Origin: an uncultured delta proteobacterium
GTDB taxonomy: Bacteria > Myxococcota_A > Polyangia > Polyangiales > Polyangiaceae
Length of the DNA: 64,000 nucleotides
Assembly: GCA_963716725.1 (NCBI GenBank)
Contig: CAVQUB010000030.1
Coordinates: 49,690-113,689, forward strand
Direction: 5' to 3'
Part shown: piece by piece, positions 39,076-48,914 of the stretch
Numbering within the stretch: the first letter of the stretch is position 1
Layout of the letters: each line of letters opens with the position of its first letter
Program-made: the position numbers and the translations under genes
Notes under the pieces: generated by a model
The model's database searches: none
What the model was told of the DNA's origin: nothing
What the model saw: the letters and a program-made list of their open reading frames with translations, nothing else

Positions 39076-40017
39076 TCAGCCCGCCGACTTCTTGACGACG
39101 TCGACGACGCCTTGAACGCTGGCCGCGCTCTTGGCGAGCATGCCCTTCTCTTCGTCGTTCAGCGGGATCTCGAGGATCTTCTCCACGCCGCCGGCGCCGA
39201 TCACCACCGGCACGCCCATGTAGAGATCCTTGTAGCCATACTCGCCGTTCAAGTAGGCGGCGCAGGGCAAGAGGCGCTTCTGGTCGCCCAGGTACGCCTC
39301 GGCCATGGCGATGGCGGCTGCGGCCGGCGCGTAGTAGGCGCTGGTCCCCATCAGGCCGACGATCTCGCCGCCACCCTTGCGAGTGCGGTCGATAATCGAG
39401 GCCAGCTTGTCTTTGGCGATCAGCTGGGGCACGGGCACTCCGCTGATGGTGCAATGCGAGAGCACCGGCACCATGTCGTCGCCGTGGCCTCCAAGGACCA
39501 TGGCGCGGATGTCTTTGATGCTCGCGTTCATCTCACGCGCCAAGAACAGCGTGAATCGCGCGCTGTCGAGTACGCCGGCCATTCCGGCGACCTTCTCGGC
39601 GGCGAAGCCCGTGCGGCGCTTGAATTCGTAGACCATCGCGTCGAGCGGGTTCGAGATCACGATCACGAACGCGTTGGGGCAGTGTTTCTTGGCGTTGTCG
39701 GCCACGTCCCGGATGATCGGCAGGTTGACGCCCACCAGGTCGTCACGGCTCTGCCCGGGCTTGCGAGGGATGCCCGCGGTGATGATCATGACGTCGGCGC
39801 CGGCGCAGTCTTCCCACTTGCCGGTGCCCACGACGCGGACGTCGCCGCCATTCATCGACGAACTCTGCTCGAGATCCAGGGCCTTGCCCTTGGCAAAGCT
39901 CTCTTTGGCCGGGATGTCGAAGAGCACGACGTCGCCGAGTTGTTTCGTGACGCACAGGTTGGCGAGTTCGCCGCCGATGTTGCCTGCGCCGATGAGCGCA
40001 ATCTTCTTCCTTGCCAT
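39076..40017 (-). CDS. mdh: Malate dehydrogenase (LDH-like)
   Basis: KIALIGAGNIG, TAGIPRKPGQSRDDL, SNPLDAM, AGVLDSARF, VLGGHGDDMVP. Confidence 0.96.
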   Translation of the reverse strand: MARKKIALIGAGNIGGELANLCVTKQLGDVVLFDIPAKESFAKGKALDLEQSSSMNGGDVRVVGTGKWEDCAGADVMIITAGIPRKPGQSRDDLVGVNLPIIRDVADNAKKHCPNAFVIVISNPLDAMVYEFKRRTGFAAEKVAGMAGVLDSARFTLFLAREMNASIKDIRAMVLGGHGDDMVPVLSHCTISGVPVPQLIAKDKLASIIDRTRKGGGEIVGLMGTSAYYAPAAAAIAMAEAYLGDQKRLLPCAAYLNGEYGYKDLYMGVPVVIGAGGVEKILEIPLNDEEKGMLAKSAASVQGVVDVVKKSAG

Positions 40018-40164
40018 GTGACGTGACCTTTCTAGTTGACGAGTGGCGGCTCCCACCCCCGGCGAGCGCGGCGCGGCAGACTTAGCTCGACGCTTCGCCG
40101 GCCGCAATCGCGGCAGAACGCGCCAGCTTTGCGTGACATTGCCGAGACGGGTACTCTTTCGTGG

Positions 40165-41799
40165 ATGCGGCGCTGCTCGGCGATCTTTGCCTGCCTGATC
40201 GCGGCCTTCACCGCAGCTCTGGCGTGCAGCATCGAGCAGACCGGCGCGAGCCGACCCGACGCCGGCACTGCCAGCGGCGGCAGCGACGGCGGCCAGGTCA
40301 TCAGCACCGGGACCTGCTTCCCGGGCGCCAAGGCCTGCCCGGACACCACGGGCGAGTTGGTGTGCGAGGACGCGAACGACCCGGCGAGCGGGTGCAAGGG
40401 CTCGACCGCGTGCGCGCCCTGCGTGCTGCCCCACGCCCAGGCCAAGTGTTCCGACCCGCTGGGCTGCGACATTGGCGCTTGCGATTCAGGGTGGAACGAC
40501 TGCAATACCGACCCCAGCGACGGCTGCGAGACGAGTCTGCAGAACGATCCACTGAACTGTGGCGCATGCGGCACGGATTGCTCGGCGGGACCGATCCCCG
40601 GCGCCGTGTGCATCGAGGGCGCCTGCGTCGAGAACCCCTGCTCCCCTCCCACCACGGGCAACTGCGACAAGAACCCGGCAAACGGCTGCGAGGTCGATCT
40701 GACCTCGGACCTGAACAACTGCTCGTTCTGCGGCAACAACTGCGTGCTGCCTCACGCGACGAGCAAATGCGAAGCGGAGCCGAGCGGTTCTCCCGTCGCG
40801 CGCTGCGCGGTGGACAAGTGCGACGCGGGTTGGTTCGACTGCGACGGCAAGGCCGCGAATGGCTGCGAGAGCAGCGCGAGCACGGATCCCTCGAGCTGCG
40901 GCGGCTGCGGCAAGAAGTGCAACTCGACCAACGGTACCGCCGGCTGCGTCAACGGCGTGTGCGACCTGCTCTGCAACACGGGATTTGGCAACTGCGACAA
41001 TGACAAGGACAACGGCTGCGAGACGGATCTGAGCGCGCACGTCTCCCACTGTGGCGCCTGCGGGAACGCCTGCTCGGCGACGAATGGAACGCCGACCTGC
41101 GTGGGCGGCAAGTGCGCCACGGGTGGCTGCACCGCGGGATGGGCCGACTGCGACGCGGTGCCCGGCTGCGAGACGGACACAAACACCGATCCCAAGCACT
41201 GCGGCGCTTGCGGCAAGAACTGCCCAGGGACGGCCAACGGCTTTGCGACCTGCGCGGCTGGTGCCTGCGGGCTCGGTTGTTCGGCGGGATTCTCGACCTG
41301 CGGGACGGGGACCACGTGTTTCGACACCACCACCGATGCCACCCACTGCGGAGCCAGCTGCACCGCCTGTCCGGGACCGGCCAGCGGCAGTGGTGCCGCG
41401 GCGTGTCAGGGTGGCAGTTGCAGCATCACGTGCGCCAGCGGCCTCACCAAATGCGGCACGCGCTGCGTCGACCTTCAGACGACTGCCGACAGCTGCGGAG
41501 TCTGCGGCAAGGTGTGCACGGCGGCCCTCGGTGGGACCGCCAGCTGCGTCGCCGGTCAATGTGTCGCATCGTGTCCGACCAATGTCGCGGTGTGCAACGA
41601 CCAGTGTGTGGACGTCTATACGAACTCGAGCCACTGCGGCCAGTGCAACAAGAAGTGCGGGACGAACCAGAAGTGCGAGAGTGGGAGCTGCGCGTGCCAG
41701 TGGTCCTCGGCGAAGAACTGCGGCACTTACTGCGCGCTTTGCTGCAAGAACCAGGACTGCGGCGGCAACAGCAAGTGCTACTTCGGGCTTTGCGTGTAG
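40165..41799 (+). CDS. Cys-rich repeat lipoprotein
   Basis: Lipobox ALAC; repeated (GW)xDCDxxxxNGCExxLxxDxxxCGxCGxxC units. Confidence 0.88.
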   Translation: MRRCSAIFACLIAAFTAALACSIEQTGASRPDAGTASGGSDGGQVISTGTCFPGAKACPDTTGELVCEDANDPASGCKGSTACAPCVLPHAQAKCSDPLGCDIGACDSGWNDCNTDPSDGCETSLQNDPLNCGACGTDCSAGPIPGAVCIEGACVENPCSPPTTGNCDKNPANGCEVDLTSDLNNCSFCGNNCVLPHATSKCEAEPSGSPVARCAVDKCDAGWFDCDGKAANGCESSASTDPSSCGGCGKKCNSTNGTAGCVNGVCDLLCNTGFGNCDNDKDNGCETDLSAHVSHCGACGNACSATNGTPTCVGGKCATGGCTAGWADCDAVPGCETDTNTDPKHCGACGKNCPGTANGFATCAAGACGLGCSAGFSTCGTGTTCFDTTTDATHCGASCTACPGPASGSGAAACQGGSCSITCASGLTKCGTRCVDLQTTADSCGVCGKVCTAALGGTASCVAGQCVASCPTNVAVCNDQCVDVYTNSSHCGQCNKKCGTNQKCESGSCACQWSSAKNCGTYCALCCKNQDCGGNSKCYFGLCV

Positions 41800-41808
41800 C
41801 CGCGGCGT

Positions 41809-43095
41809 TCAGCGCCGGTACGTCGCAGGGTCGATCCCGAAGCGCTTGAAGGACTCGTAGACGGTGGCCCGGCGCATGCCAAGGGCGCTGGCGACGTGGG
41901 TGACGTTGCCGGCGTGCTGGGTCAAAGCGTCGCGCAGTCGGGCTTCCTCGGACCCGGGGCTCTCGGCCGCGGTCCCCCCGCGGCTGCCGATCAGGATGTC
42001 CTCAGCGTCGATGCGCAGCGACTGGCGCGCCTCGACCCGGGCCGTCGCGGCGGCGATGACGTTGCGGAGCTCGCGCACGTTGCCGGGCCAGCCGTGCAGC
42101 ATCAGCTTCTCGATGGCGCGGGCGGTGAAACACTGATCGGAGCGAATGAAGCGCTGGGCGAGCGGCGCGATGTCCTCGCGGCGCGCGCAGAGCGGGGGGA
42201 GCGACACGCGCCCGGTTGCGATGCGGTGAAACAGATCGGCTCGGAACTCGCCTTGCTCGATCATGCGATCGAGATCGCGGTTGGTCGCCGCGATCACCCG
42301 CACGTCGACCCGGGTCGGCTGGTCTTCACCGACCGCGCGGACCTCGCCGGTCTCGAGCACGCGCAGGAGCTTGGCCTGGGCCGCCAGCGGCAGGTCGCCG
42401 ATCTCGTCCAGGAAGAGCGTACCGCCATCAGCGGTCCGGAACAGGCCCCTGCGGGGGCCGGCGGACGAAGAAAACGCTCCGCGCGAGTGGCCGAAGAGCT
42501 CGGACTCGACGAGCTCGCTGGGCAGGGCCGCGCAGTTGATCGCGCACAGCTCGCCCCGGCGACTGCTGCCGCGGTGGATGGCCTGCGCCACCAGCTCCTT
42601 GCCAGTGCCAGTCTCGCCCTCGACCAGCACCGGGACGCGGCTCGGACCGACCACGGCGATCACCTGCCTCGTCTCGTCGAGAGAGGGCCCGCCGACCAGC
42701 AGCGGGTCGTCGTTCGCTTCGCGCAGGTACGGATGCACGTTGGCCACGACGATGAGCACGGTGCGGCCCACCCGGACGATCGAGCCGACCTTGGCAAGGG
42801 CACCGGCTGAGCTCAGCGGCGCGCCGTCCAAGAACGTGCCGTTGCGGCTGTCGAGATCGGTCACCAACACGCCGGCGCCTCCCGGCAGGAACTCGGCGTG
42901 ACAGCGCGAGGCCTTGCCGTCGTCCACTGAAAGCTCGAGGGCGGGCTCGCGGCCGATCCGCACTCGCGCCTCGACCGCGACCGCACGGAGGGCCGGCACG
43001 CCTTCGCTGAATGCAACGACGACCCCAACCGCGGGTCTAGCATTGGAGAGCTCGGGCAAGTCGAGCGCCGTGTGAGTGTCGGTCCGTTCGCTCAT
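41809..43095 (-). CDS. FHA-domain sigma54-type enhancer-binding protein
   Basis: FHA (IGRE..SRCHA..DLDSRNGTF), GETGTGKE, ESELFGH, FLDEIG, AATNRDL, WPGNVREL, Fis-type HTH. Confidence 0.92.
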   Translation of the reverse strand: MSERTDTHTALDLPELSNARPAVGVVVAFSEGVPALRAVAVEARVRIGREPALELSVDDGKASRCHAEFLPGGAGVLVTDLDSRNGTFLDGAPLSSAGALAKVGSIVRVGRTVLIVVANVHPYLREANDDPLLVGGPSLDETRQVIAVVGPSRVPVLVEGETGTGKELVAQAIHRGSSRRGELCAINCAALPSELVESELFGHSRGAFSSSAGPRRGLFRTADGGTLFLDEIGDLPLAAQAKLLRVLETGEVRAVGEDQPTRVDVRVIAATNRDLDRMIEQGEFRADLFHRIATGRVSLPPLCARREDIAPLAQRFIRSDQCFTARAIEKLMLHGWPGNVRELRNVIAAATARVEARQSLRIDAEDILIGSRGGTAAESPGSEEARLRDALTQHAGNVTHVASALGMRRATVYESFKRFGIDPATYRR

Positions 43096-43106
43096 TCGCT
43101 GTCCGA

Positions 43107-43129
43107 GTGTACGGACAGTGTTCGTACAC
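43107..43129. promoter_or_regulatory. Inverted repeat, candidate activator-binding site
   Basis: GTGTACG-N9-CGTACAC about 100 bp upstream of the sigma54 promoter, overlapping the TACACT box of the activator gene. Confidence 0.55.
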
Positions 43130-43227
43130 CAAAACCTCCAGGAAAACCGGGCATTGCTCCGCCCTGGGCGCGAAGCGGGCGGACGGCTGTCCGCCAGAAA
43201 GCTCGGAAAACCTCCGGTCACGGGCGA

Positions 43228-43243
43228 TGGCACGCCGGTTGCT
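43228..43243 (+). promoter_or_regulatory. Sigma54 -24/-12 promoter
   Basis: TGGCAC-GCCGG-TTGCT matches TGGCAC-N5-TTGC, 35 nt before ATG 43279 which has GGAGG. Confidence 0.8.
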
Positions 43244-43278
43244 CTTGGTGAGTCACCCGCTCGCCTTGGAGGAAACAG

Positions 43279-44610
43279 ATGATCGCTCGCGTCTTCTCGT
43301 TCGCTACCCTCGCTGTGTTGTCAGGCCTCGCGCTCGCCGTGGGTTGCGCCGCTGCCAGCTCCGGCGACGGGGTCGCGACCAACGAGAGCAGTACGATGTC
43401 GCCGCTGAACGACAGCTGCACGCCGGGCGCCAGCGCCGCATGCACCGTTCCGGATGCGGAGGGCTGCGGGGCCGGCGAGCGATACTGTAACTCCCAGGGC
43501 AAGTGGGGCGCCTGCCAGCCCGCACTGCCCGCCGAGGAGCAGTGCGGCGACGGAGTGGACAACGACTGCGACGGCGTGATCGACAACGCCTGCCTGCAGG
43601 GCGGCGGAGGCGAAGGAGGCAGCGCGTCGGACGGCGGTGGGGGCTACGGCGGCGGGGGACCGTGTCCTCCGAATCAGGTGGTTTCGTGCACCACCGAGTG
43701 CGGCTCGACTGGCGACACCTTCTGCCGACCGGACGGCAAACCCGAGAAGTGCGCGCCTCCCGAGGAGCTGTGTGGCAACGGGAAGGACGATGACTGCGAC
43801 GGCGTGGCCGACGAAGACTGCGGCGACACCTTCGATTGCAGCGATCTCGAGCCGCACAACTGCAACGGCAATCTCGGCTACGGCGACAAATGCAGCGTGA
43901 AAGACAACGTCAACGGCTGCGCCTGGGACTGGTTCCAGGCGTGGTGTCACCGTCGGGACGAAGCCAACAGCGGCCCGCAAAACTGGGACGACGCCGTCAA
44001 GAAGTGGGTCGAGTCCAAATGTGACGGCAAGGTCAGCATGAGCGGAAACACGTTCCAGTGCACCGACTCCAAGGGGAGGACATGGAAGTGCTCGACTCCC
44101 CTGGTGTTGTCTTTCGACGGAGCACCGGCGGACTTCGCGCCCGCGGCGGGCAGCTTCGACCTGGATCGCTCCGAGGCCAGCATCCAGAGCGATTGGCCCA
44201 CGGCCCGGACGCCTTGGCTCGCCCTGGACCGCAACGGCAACGGTCGCGTCGACGATGGCGGCGAGCTCTTCGGCTCCGGTACCACGCTCTTGGACGGGAC
44301 TCGGGCCGACAACGGCTTCTTCGCTCTGCGGGAGCTCGATGCCAACCGCGACGGCGCCATCACGGCGGACGACCCAGCCTACGCTTCGCTCGTGCTCTGG
44401 GCGGACTCGAATCGCGACCGTGAGTCGCAGCCGACCGAACTCGCGTCGCTCGCGTCTAGGGGTGTTCACCGCATCGAACTCGGCTACCGACAGCAACCGC
44501 GCTGCGACGCCCGTGGTAACTGCGAGATCGAGCGCTCCGTGATGGTGTTCGAGGAGCGAGGAGCTCCTCGCATGGGCCAGGTCGTCGACCTGCACTTGAT
44601 GCAACGTTGA
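43279..44610 (+). CDS. Cys/Asp-rich lipoprotein with putative Ca-binding motifs
   Basis: Lipobox AVGC; two E.CG.G.D.DCDG..D motifs; C-terminal TPLVLSFDG..WLALDRNGNGRVDDGGELFG..LDANRDGAI domain. Confidence 0.85.
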   Translation: MIARVFSFATLAVLSGLALAVGCAAASSGDGVATNESSTMSPLNDSCTPGASAACTVPDAEGCGAGERYCNSQGKWGACQPALPAEEQCGDGVDNDCDGVIDNACLQGGGGEGGSASDGGGGYGGGGPCPPNQVVSCTTECGSTGDTFCRPDGKPEKCAPPEELCGNGKDDDCDGVADEDCGDTFDCSDLEPHNCNGNLGYGDKCSVKDNVNGCAWDWFQAWCHRRDEANSGPQNWDDAVKKWVESKCDGKVSMSGNTFQCTDSKGRTWKCSTPLVLSFDGAPADFAPAAGSFDLDRSEASIQSDWPTARTPWLALDRNGNGRVDDGGELFGSGTTLLDGTRADNGFFALRELDANRDGAITADDPAYASLVLWADSNRDRESQPTELASLASRGVHRIELGYRQQPRCDARGNCEIERSVMVFEERGAPRMGQVVDLHLMQR

Positions 44611-44631
44611 CGGCCGTCGCGTTCGGCTGAC

Positions 44632-45132
44632 CTACCGCACGAGGGTTGCGAGCTCGGTGCTCGCTTCGTCGATACTGAAGGACAGCGCCGCCGGATCTCC
44701 CGTACGCAGCCCGCGCGCGGGCACCGAACAGAGCGCCGGCTCTTGGAGCGCTTCGAGCCGCGCAAAAGCGTCCGGCGGACCGCTGTGGTGACCGTTCGCG
44801 TCGAGGAGCGACACGCCGAGGTCGATGGGCAGCTCCGGAGTCGGACCGCCGCGCTTGAGCAACAGAGTGAGCTGCAAGGTCGGTCCCGCTCGGCGAACCG
44901 TCACGTCGAGGGCGCGCACCAGGCGGTCCAGTCGCTCCTGGCGGTTGGCGCCCGCCAAGGGCGTGCCGACGATGGCGGGGTTCTCCACCGGCTCGGGCCA
45001 AGTCGGATCCGAGTCCTCGGGCTCACGCACCACCGACTTTCCGCACGCGGCGCAGGTGTCCCGCTTCAGGTCCAAACGCTGACCGCAGCCCACGCAAACG
45101 ACGCTGGGTGGAGGGAGTGCCCCGTGACTCAC
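44632..45132 (-). CDS. Hypothetical protein with N-terminal zinc ribbon
   Basis: CVGCG-x8-CAACG near the N-terminus; TAGGGT 9 nt before GTG. Confidence 0.6.
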   Translation of the reverse strand: MSHGALPPPSVVCVGCGQRLDLKRDTCAACGKSVVREPEDSDPTWPEPVENPAIVGTPLAGANRQERLDRLVRALDVTVRRAGPTLQLTLLLKRGGPTPELPIDLGVSLLDANGHHSGPPDAFARLEALQEPALCSVPARGLRTGDPAALSFSIDEASTELATLVR

Positions 45133-45265
45133 GTGCCGGGGACCCTAGAGCAACTTCAGACGCGATGGAACCGTGGCAGCCCAGGAGCCCAGCGCCGGTG
45201 AGGCGCCGGAACTCCCGAACAATCTCTGGGAGCCGGTGTGCGCGAAGGTGCGCGACGCCGCTCGC

Positions 45266-45367
45266 TCACATGTGCTCGATCATCGCGCCGGCGAACTCCG
45301 AGCACTTCACTTCCTTCGCGCCTTCCAGTAGGCGCGCGAAGTCGTAGGTGACCGTCTTGGCGCCGAA
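45266..45367 (-). pseudogene. icd: Orphan 3' fragment of NADP-isocitrate dehydrogenase
   Basis: Reads [33 protein letters not shown], matching the Icd C-terminal pattern KTVTYDF.RL..GAK..KCSEF; in-frame TGA immediately upstream (45368-45370), no ATG/GTG start before the terminal Met residues except one internal Val. Confidence 0.85.
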
Positions 45368-45460
45368 TCAGCCGGTCGGTCGCGGCAAGAACGCTGACCC
45401 CGAGCCGATCCGAATCGGCTCATCGAGCGACGAACGGGGCAGGAGGCGCGCATGGCAGCG

Positions 45461-47638
45461 ATGGCTGAACGGTATGGGTGTGCACGGCGTGCGGGGTCGG
45501 TGGCAGCGGCGGGGCTCGCCCTGGTGGGGGTCTCCGGCTGTCTCGACCGGCCTCTTTCCACCACCGAGCCCCAGACCAGCAACGTCGTCGTGAGACAGCT
45601 CGCGCAGCAGCCGCCGAGCAAGATCGACGTGCTGTTCATGATCGACAATTCGCAGTCGATGGCCGACAAACAGGCGCTGCTCGCCGGCGCCGTGCCGGCG
45701 TTGGTGCGCCGGCTCGTGGCGCCGCGCTGCGTGGATGAAAAGGGCAATTCGCTCGGCAGCAGCCACCCATGCCCAGCGGGTGAGCCCGAGTTCCGGCCGG
45801 TCGACGACATTCACGTGGGAGTGCTGAGCTCGAGCTTGGGCGGGCACGGATCTGCGATCTGCACTCCGAGCTGGAGCGAGTGGCACCCGTCGCAGGATCA
45901 GTCGGCGCGCTTGCTCGCGCCGCACCTCGAATGGAGCCCCGCCCAGAGCTCCGACGACCCGAGCGCGTTCATCGGCAGCTTCGCCAGTCAGGTGCACGCC
46001 GCAGGCGACGACGGATGCGGCTACGAGGCATCGCTCGAGTCCTGGTATCGGTTCTTGATCGATCCAGAGCCGCCGGCGAAGATCAGCGTCAAAGATGGCG
46101 TCACCGTCGCCGAGGGTGTCGACGAGGTGCTCATGGCGCAGCGCAGGGACTTCCTGCGCCCCGACTCTTTGCTCCTGATTGTCATGCTGAGTGACGAAAA
46201 CGACTGCTCCATCGTCGACCACGGCCAGTCCTGGTACGTGGCCCAGCAAGAACTCGACCTGTACCGTGGGACGCAGACCTGCGCGACCGATCCCCACAGC
46301 CCGTGCTGCCGTTCCTGCGGTTCGAGCGAGAGCGCACCGCCCGAGGGCTGCACTCCGCTCGCCGCCGACGAAAGCTGCAAGCTCGGACTGCACGATTCGT
46401 CGACCGACAGCCGCAACCTCAGGTGCTGGGACCAGAAGCGCAGGTTCGGCTTGGACTTCCTGCACCCCGTGCAGCGCTACATCGACGGGCTCACGAAGCT
46501 CACGGTCACCACGCGTTCCGGGCAGATCGTGCCAAATCCACTGTTTTCGGCGGCGCCGGGCCTGCGCGCCCGGAGTCCGGAGCAGGTGCTCCTGGCCGGC
46601 ATCGTCGGCGTGCCGTGGCACGACATCGCGACCGCGGAGAGCCTGGCGCAGCCCTCGACCATCCGTTACCTGTCTTCCAGCGAGCTGGCGCAGTCCAATC
46701 GCTGGCCCTGGCTGGTGCCGACGGCGGGAGCGCCCCCCATGGACCCGTTGATGCGCGAATCAGTGGCGCCGCGCAGCGGCGCGCACCCCGCCACGGGCGT
46801 CGAGTTGGTCGCTCAGGGCAGCAGCGCCTGGCATCCAGTGAACGGAAAGGAGTGGAGCACCGGCGGCGAAGATCTGCAGTACGCTTGTGTCTATCCGCTG
46901 GAGCAACCTCGGGACTGCGCGAGTGCGTCCGGTGACTGTGACTGCAAGGACGTCGCGCCGGCCGATCAGAACCCGCTTTGCCGAAAACCTGGGACGACGG
47001 AGTACGGGACGACGCAATACTTCGCCAAGGCGTATCCGGGCACGCGACAACTCGAAGTGCTCCGCGGGGTGGGCGAGAGCTCGATTGTCGCGTCGATCTG
47101 TCCCAAGTTCGCCAGCGGAGACCCGGCCTCACCGTCCTACGGATACAGCCCCGCGATCGAGTCCATCGTCGAGCGTCTCCGCGACAAGCTGCTCGTCGAG
47201 TGCATGCCGCGCCCGCTCTCCATCGCGGAGGACGGCAGCGTGCAGTGCAAAGTAGTCGAAGCGCTTCCGGCGTCGGCTTGCGCTTGTGATCCTGGCAAGA
47301 ACCGCCACCCCGTCGCGAGCACCCTCGCGGCTGCGGCACGCCGCGAACTCCGGAGCATCGAAGAGTGCGGGCCCGCCTCGCCGGGGCAGACGCCCTGCGA
47401 AGCACTCTGCCTGTGCGAGATCGGCCCGGCGACGGATCTGGCGTCGTGCCAAGCGGACGCCAAGCCCCAAGGCATGGGTTGGTGCTACGTGGAGGCTGAA
47501 CGAAACATCGGCGATCCCGCGTTGGTTGCTGGCTGTCCGTCCACGAGCCGCCAGGTCGTGCGCTTCGCCGGCGACGAGACCCCGGCACCTGGGGCCAATG
47601 TGGTCGTGGCGTGTCTTGGAGCGGCGCTCGACGAGTGA
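45461..47638 (+). CDS. Cys-rich lipoprotein with vWA-like N-terminal domain
   Basis: Lipobox VSGC, KIDVLFMIDNSQSM (DxSxS), GCGYEASLESWYRFL, LSDENDCS; start 45452 or 45461. Confidence 0.85.
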   Translation: MAERYGCARRAGSVAAAGLALVGVSGCLDRPLSTTEPQTSNVVVRQLAQQPPSKIDVLFMIDNSQSMADKQALLAGAVPALVRRLVAPRCVDEKGNSLGSSHPCPAGEPEFRPVDDIHVGVLSSSLGGHGSAICTPSWSEWHPSQDQSARLLAPHLEWSPAQSSDDPSAFIGSFASQVHAAGDDGCGYEASLESWYRFLIDPEPPAKISVKDGVTVAEGVDEVLMAQRRDFLRPDSLLLIVMLSDENDCSIVDHGQSWYVAQQELDLYRGTQTCATDPHSPCCRSCGSSESAPPEGCTPLAADESCKLGLHDSSTDSRNLRCWDQKRRFGLDFLHPVQRYIDGLTKLTVTTRSGQIVPNPLFSAAPGLRARSPEQVLLAGIVGVPWHDIATAESLAQPSTIRYLSSSELAQSNRWPWLVPTAGAPPMDPLMRESVAPRSGAHPATGVELVAQGSSAWHPVNGKEWSTGGEDLQYACVYPLEQPRDCASASGDCDCKDVAPADQNPLCRKPGTTEYGTTQYFAKAYPGTRQLEVLRGVGESSIVASICPKFASGDPASPSYGYSPAIESIVERLRDKLLVECMPRPLSIAEDGSVQCKVVEALPASACACDPGKNRHPVASTLAAAARRELRSIEECGPASPGQTPCEALCLCEIGPATDLASCQADAKPQGMGWCYVEAERNIGDPALVAGCPSTSRQVVRFAGDETPAPGANVVVACLGAALDE

Positions 47639-47666
47639 GGTTGACGTCTCGCGAGCGCTCGTGACA

Positions 47667-48176
47667 ATGACCTGCGTGATGGCCGGCCGCTGCGTGGTGT
47701 CGCTGACCTCGACGTTGGCGCTTTCTTGCGGCGCTCAGCCACCGGCACCGGCACCGGCACCGGTACACGTGCCCGCCGCGCCGCTTTCCACGCCGACGGA
47801 ACCAGGCGGGGCCACGCCCGCCGGCGAAGCCCGAGTGGTGCTGCGCGGCAGCTGCGGCAAGAGCTGCGACGGGGTCGCGAGTGAGGCGCTCACCGGGGCC
47901 GTGGTTCGACGCGCACGCCACGCCCGCGACTGTTACGAGCGGGAGCTGCGCAAGAACCCCAAGACCGCGGGCAAGCTGTTGGTCACGATGTCCATCGCCG
48001 ACGACGGCGCGCCCTGCGCCACGGTGGTCACGTCTTCGACCATGGACGTCTCGACGGACTTCGAGGGTTGCTTGATTCGGATCTTCGAGAGTGGCTATCC
48101 CGCCCCCTCGGGCGGGTGCGTCCAGGTCGTGCTGCCCTTCAATTTCGTGCCGGCCGCGACGTTACCGAAGCCTTGA
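47667..48176 (+). CDS. Lipoprotein with AgmX/PglI (TonB-C-like) C-terminal domain
   Basis: LALSC, Pro-rich linker, RDCYERELRKNPKTAGKLLV..YPAPSGGCVQVVLPFNF; start 47667 or 47679. Confidence 0.75.
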   Translation: MTCVMAGRCVVSLTSTLALSCGAQPPAPAPAPVHVPAAPLSTPTEPGGATPAGEARVVLRGSCGKSCDGVASEALTGAVVRRARHARDCYERELRKNPKTAGKLLVTMSIADDGAPCATVVTSSTMDVSTDFEGCLIRIFESGYPAPSGGCVQVVLPFNFVPAATLPKP

Positions 48177-48183
48177 GCAGCCT

Positions 48184-48861
48184 TCACAGCCAAGCGAAGG
48201 CCTCCAACAGCACGCGCCGCCCGTCGTGCGCGACCTGCCCGCCATGCGCCAGCGTGATCTTGTCGATGTCCCAGGCCGCGATGCGATCCACTTGGCGACG
48301 TCCGAGGCGATAGTCCCGGACCGCGACGCGCTCGAGGTAACCCTTGCCTGGGCCGGTGTTGGCCATGAGCCGGGCGACGGCGCGGGTCATGCGCGACGGG
48401 TGCTGCGAGAGGTTCAGGAGCGCGTCCGCGCAGACCAAGGTGCGGCTCTTTGGATGAAAGAAGACGATCTCGTTCTCGAAACGTGCAGTGAACGCGGCTT
48501 GCTCGACATCTGCCTTCCAGACCTCCGCCGGCGTGTCACCCAGCACCCCGTTCCAAACCAGGTCGGAGCGCTTCCGTTCGAGCCCCGGGCACGCCCAGAC
48601 CGAAGCCTCGGGGTAGGCCTGCATCCACTGCCCCACGTAGAGGTGGTGGAAGAGGCTGGGCGCGACCACGGCCCGCACCGGCCCGAGCGCGTCCACCTCA
48701 CGTCGCAGCTCCGGGTCGATCGCAACTGGACAGTGGACGAACAAACCCCCGTCGCCGAGGCGGACGATTGTCATCCGTGTTCCGGTCTCGAGGCCCCAGA
48801 ACTTCTGGGGGCGCGATACGGTCCAGAGATCCTCGGCGAAGGGCTCGAGCTGAGCGGTCAC
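48184..48861 (-). CDS. DUF4336-like protein (metallo-hydrolase fold)
   Basis: GTRMTIVRL, LGPVRAVVAPSLFHHLY, EIVFFHPKSRTLVCAD, ITLAHG. Confidence 0.8.
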   Translation of the reverse strand: MTAQLEPFAEDLWTVSRPQKFWGLETGTRMTIVRLGDGGLFVHCPVAIDPELRREVDALGPVRAVVAPSLFHHLYVGQWMQAYPEASVWACPGLERKRSDLVWNGVLGDTPAEVWKADVEQAAFTARFENEIVFFHPKSRTLVCADALLNLSQHPSRMTRAVARLMANTGPGKGYLERVAVRDYRLGRRQVDRIAAWDIDKITLAHGGQVAHDGRRVLLEAFAWL

Positions 48862-48914
48862 GGCGTTGCAAGATAGCGCGACCAGGACCCGACCGGTGTA
48901 TCGTCGGCGCCGTC

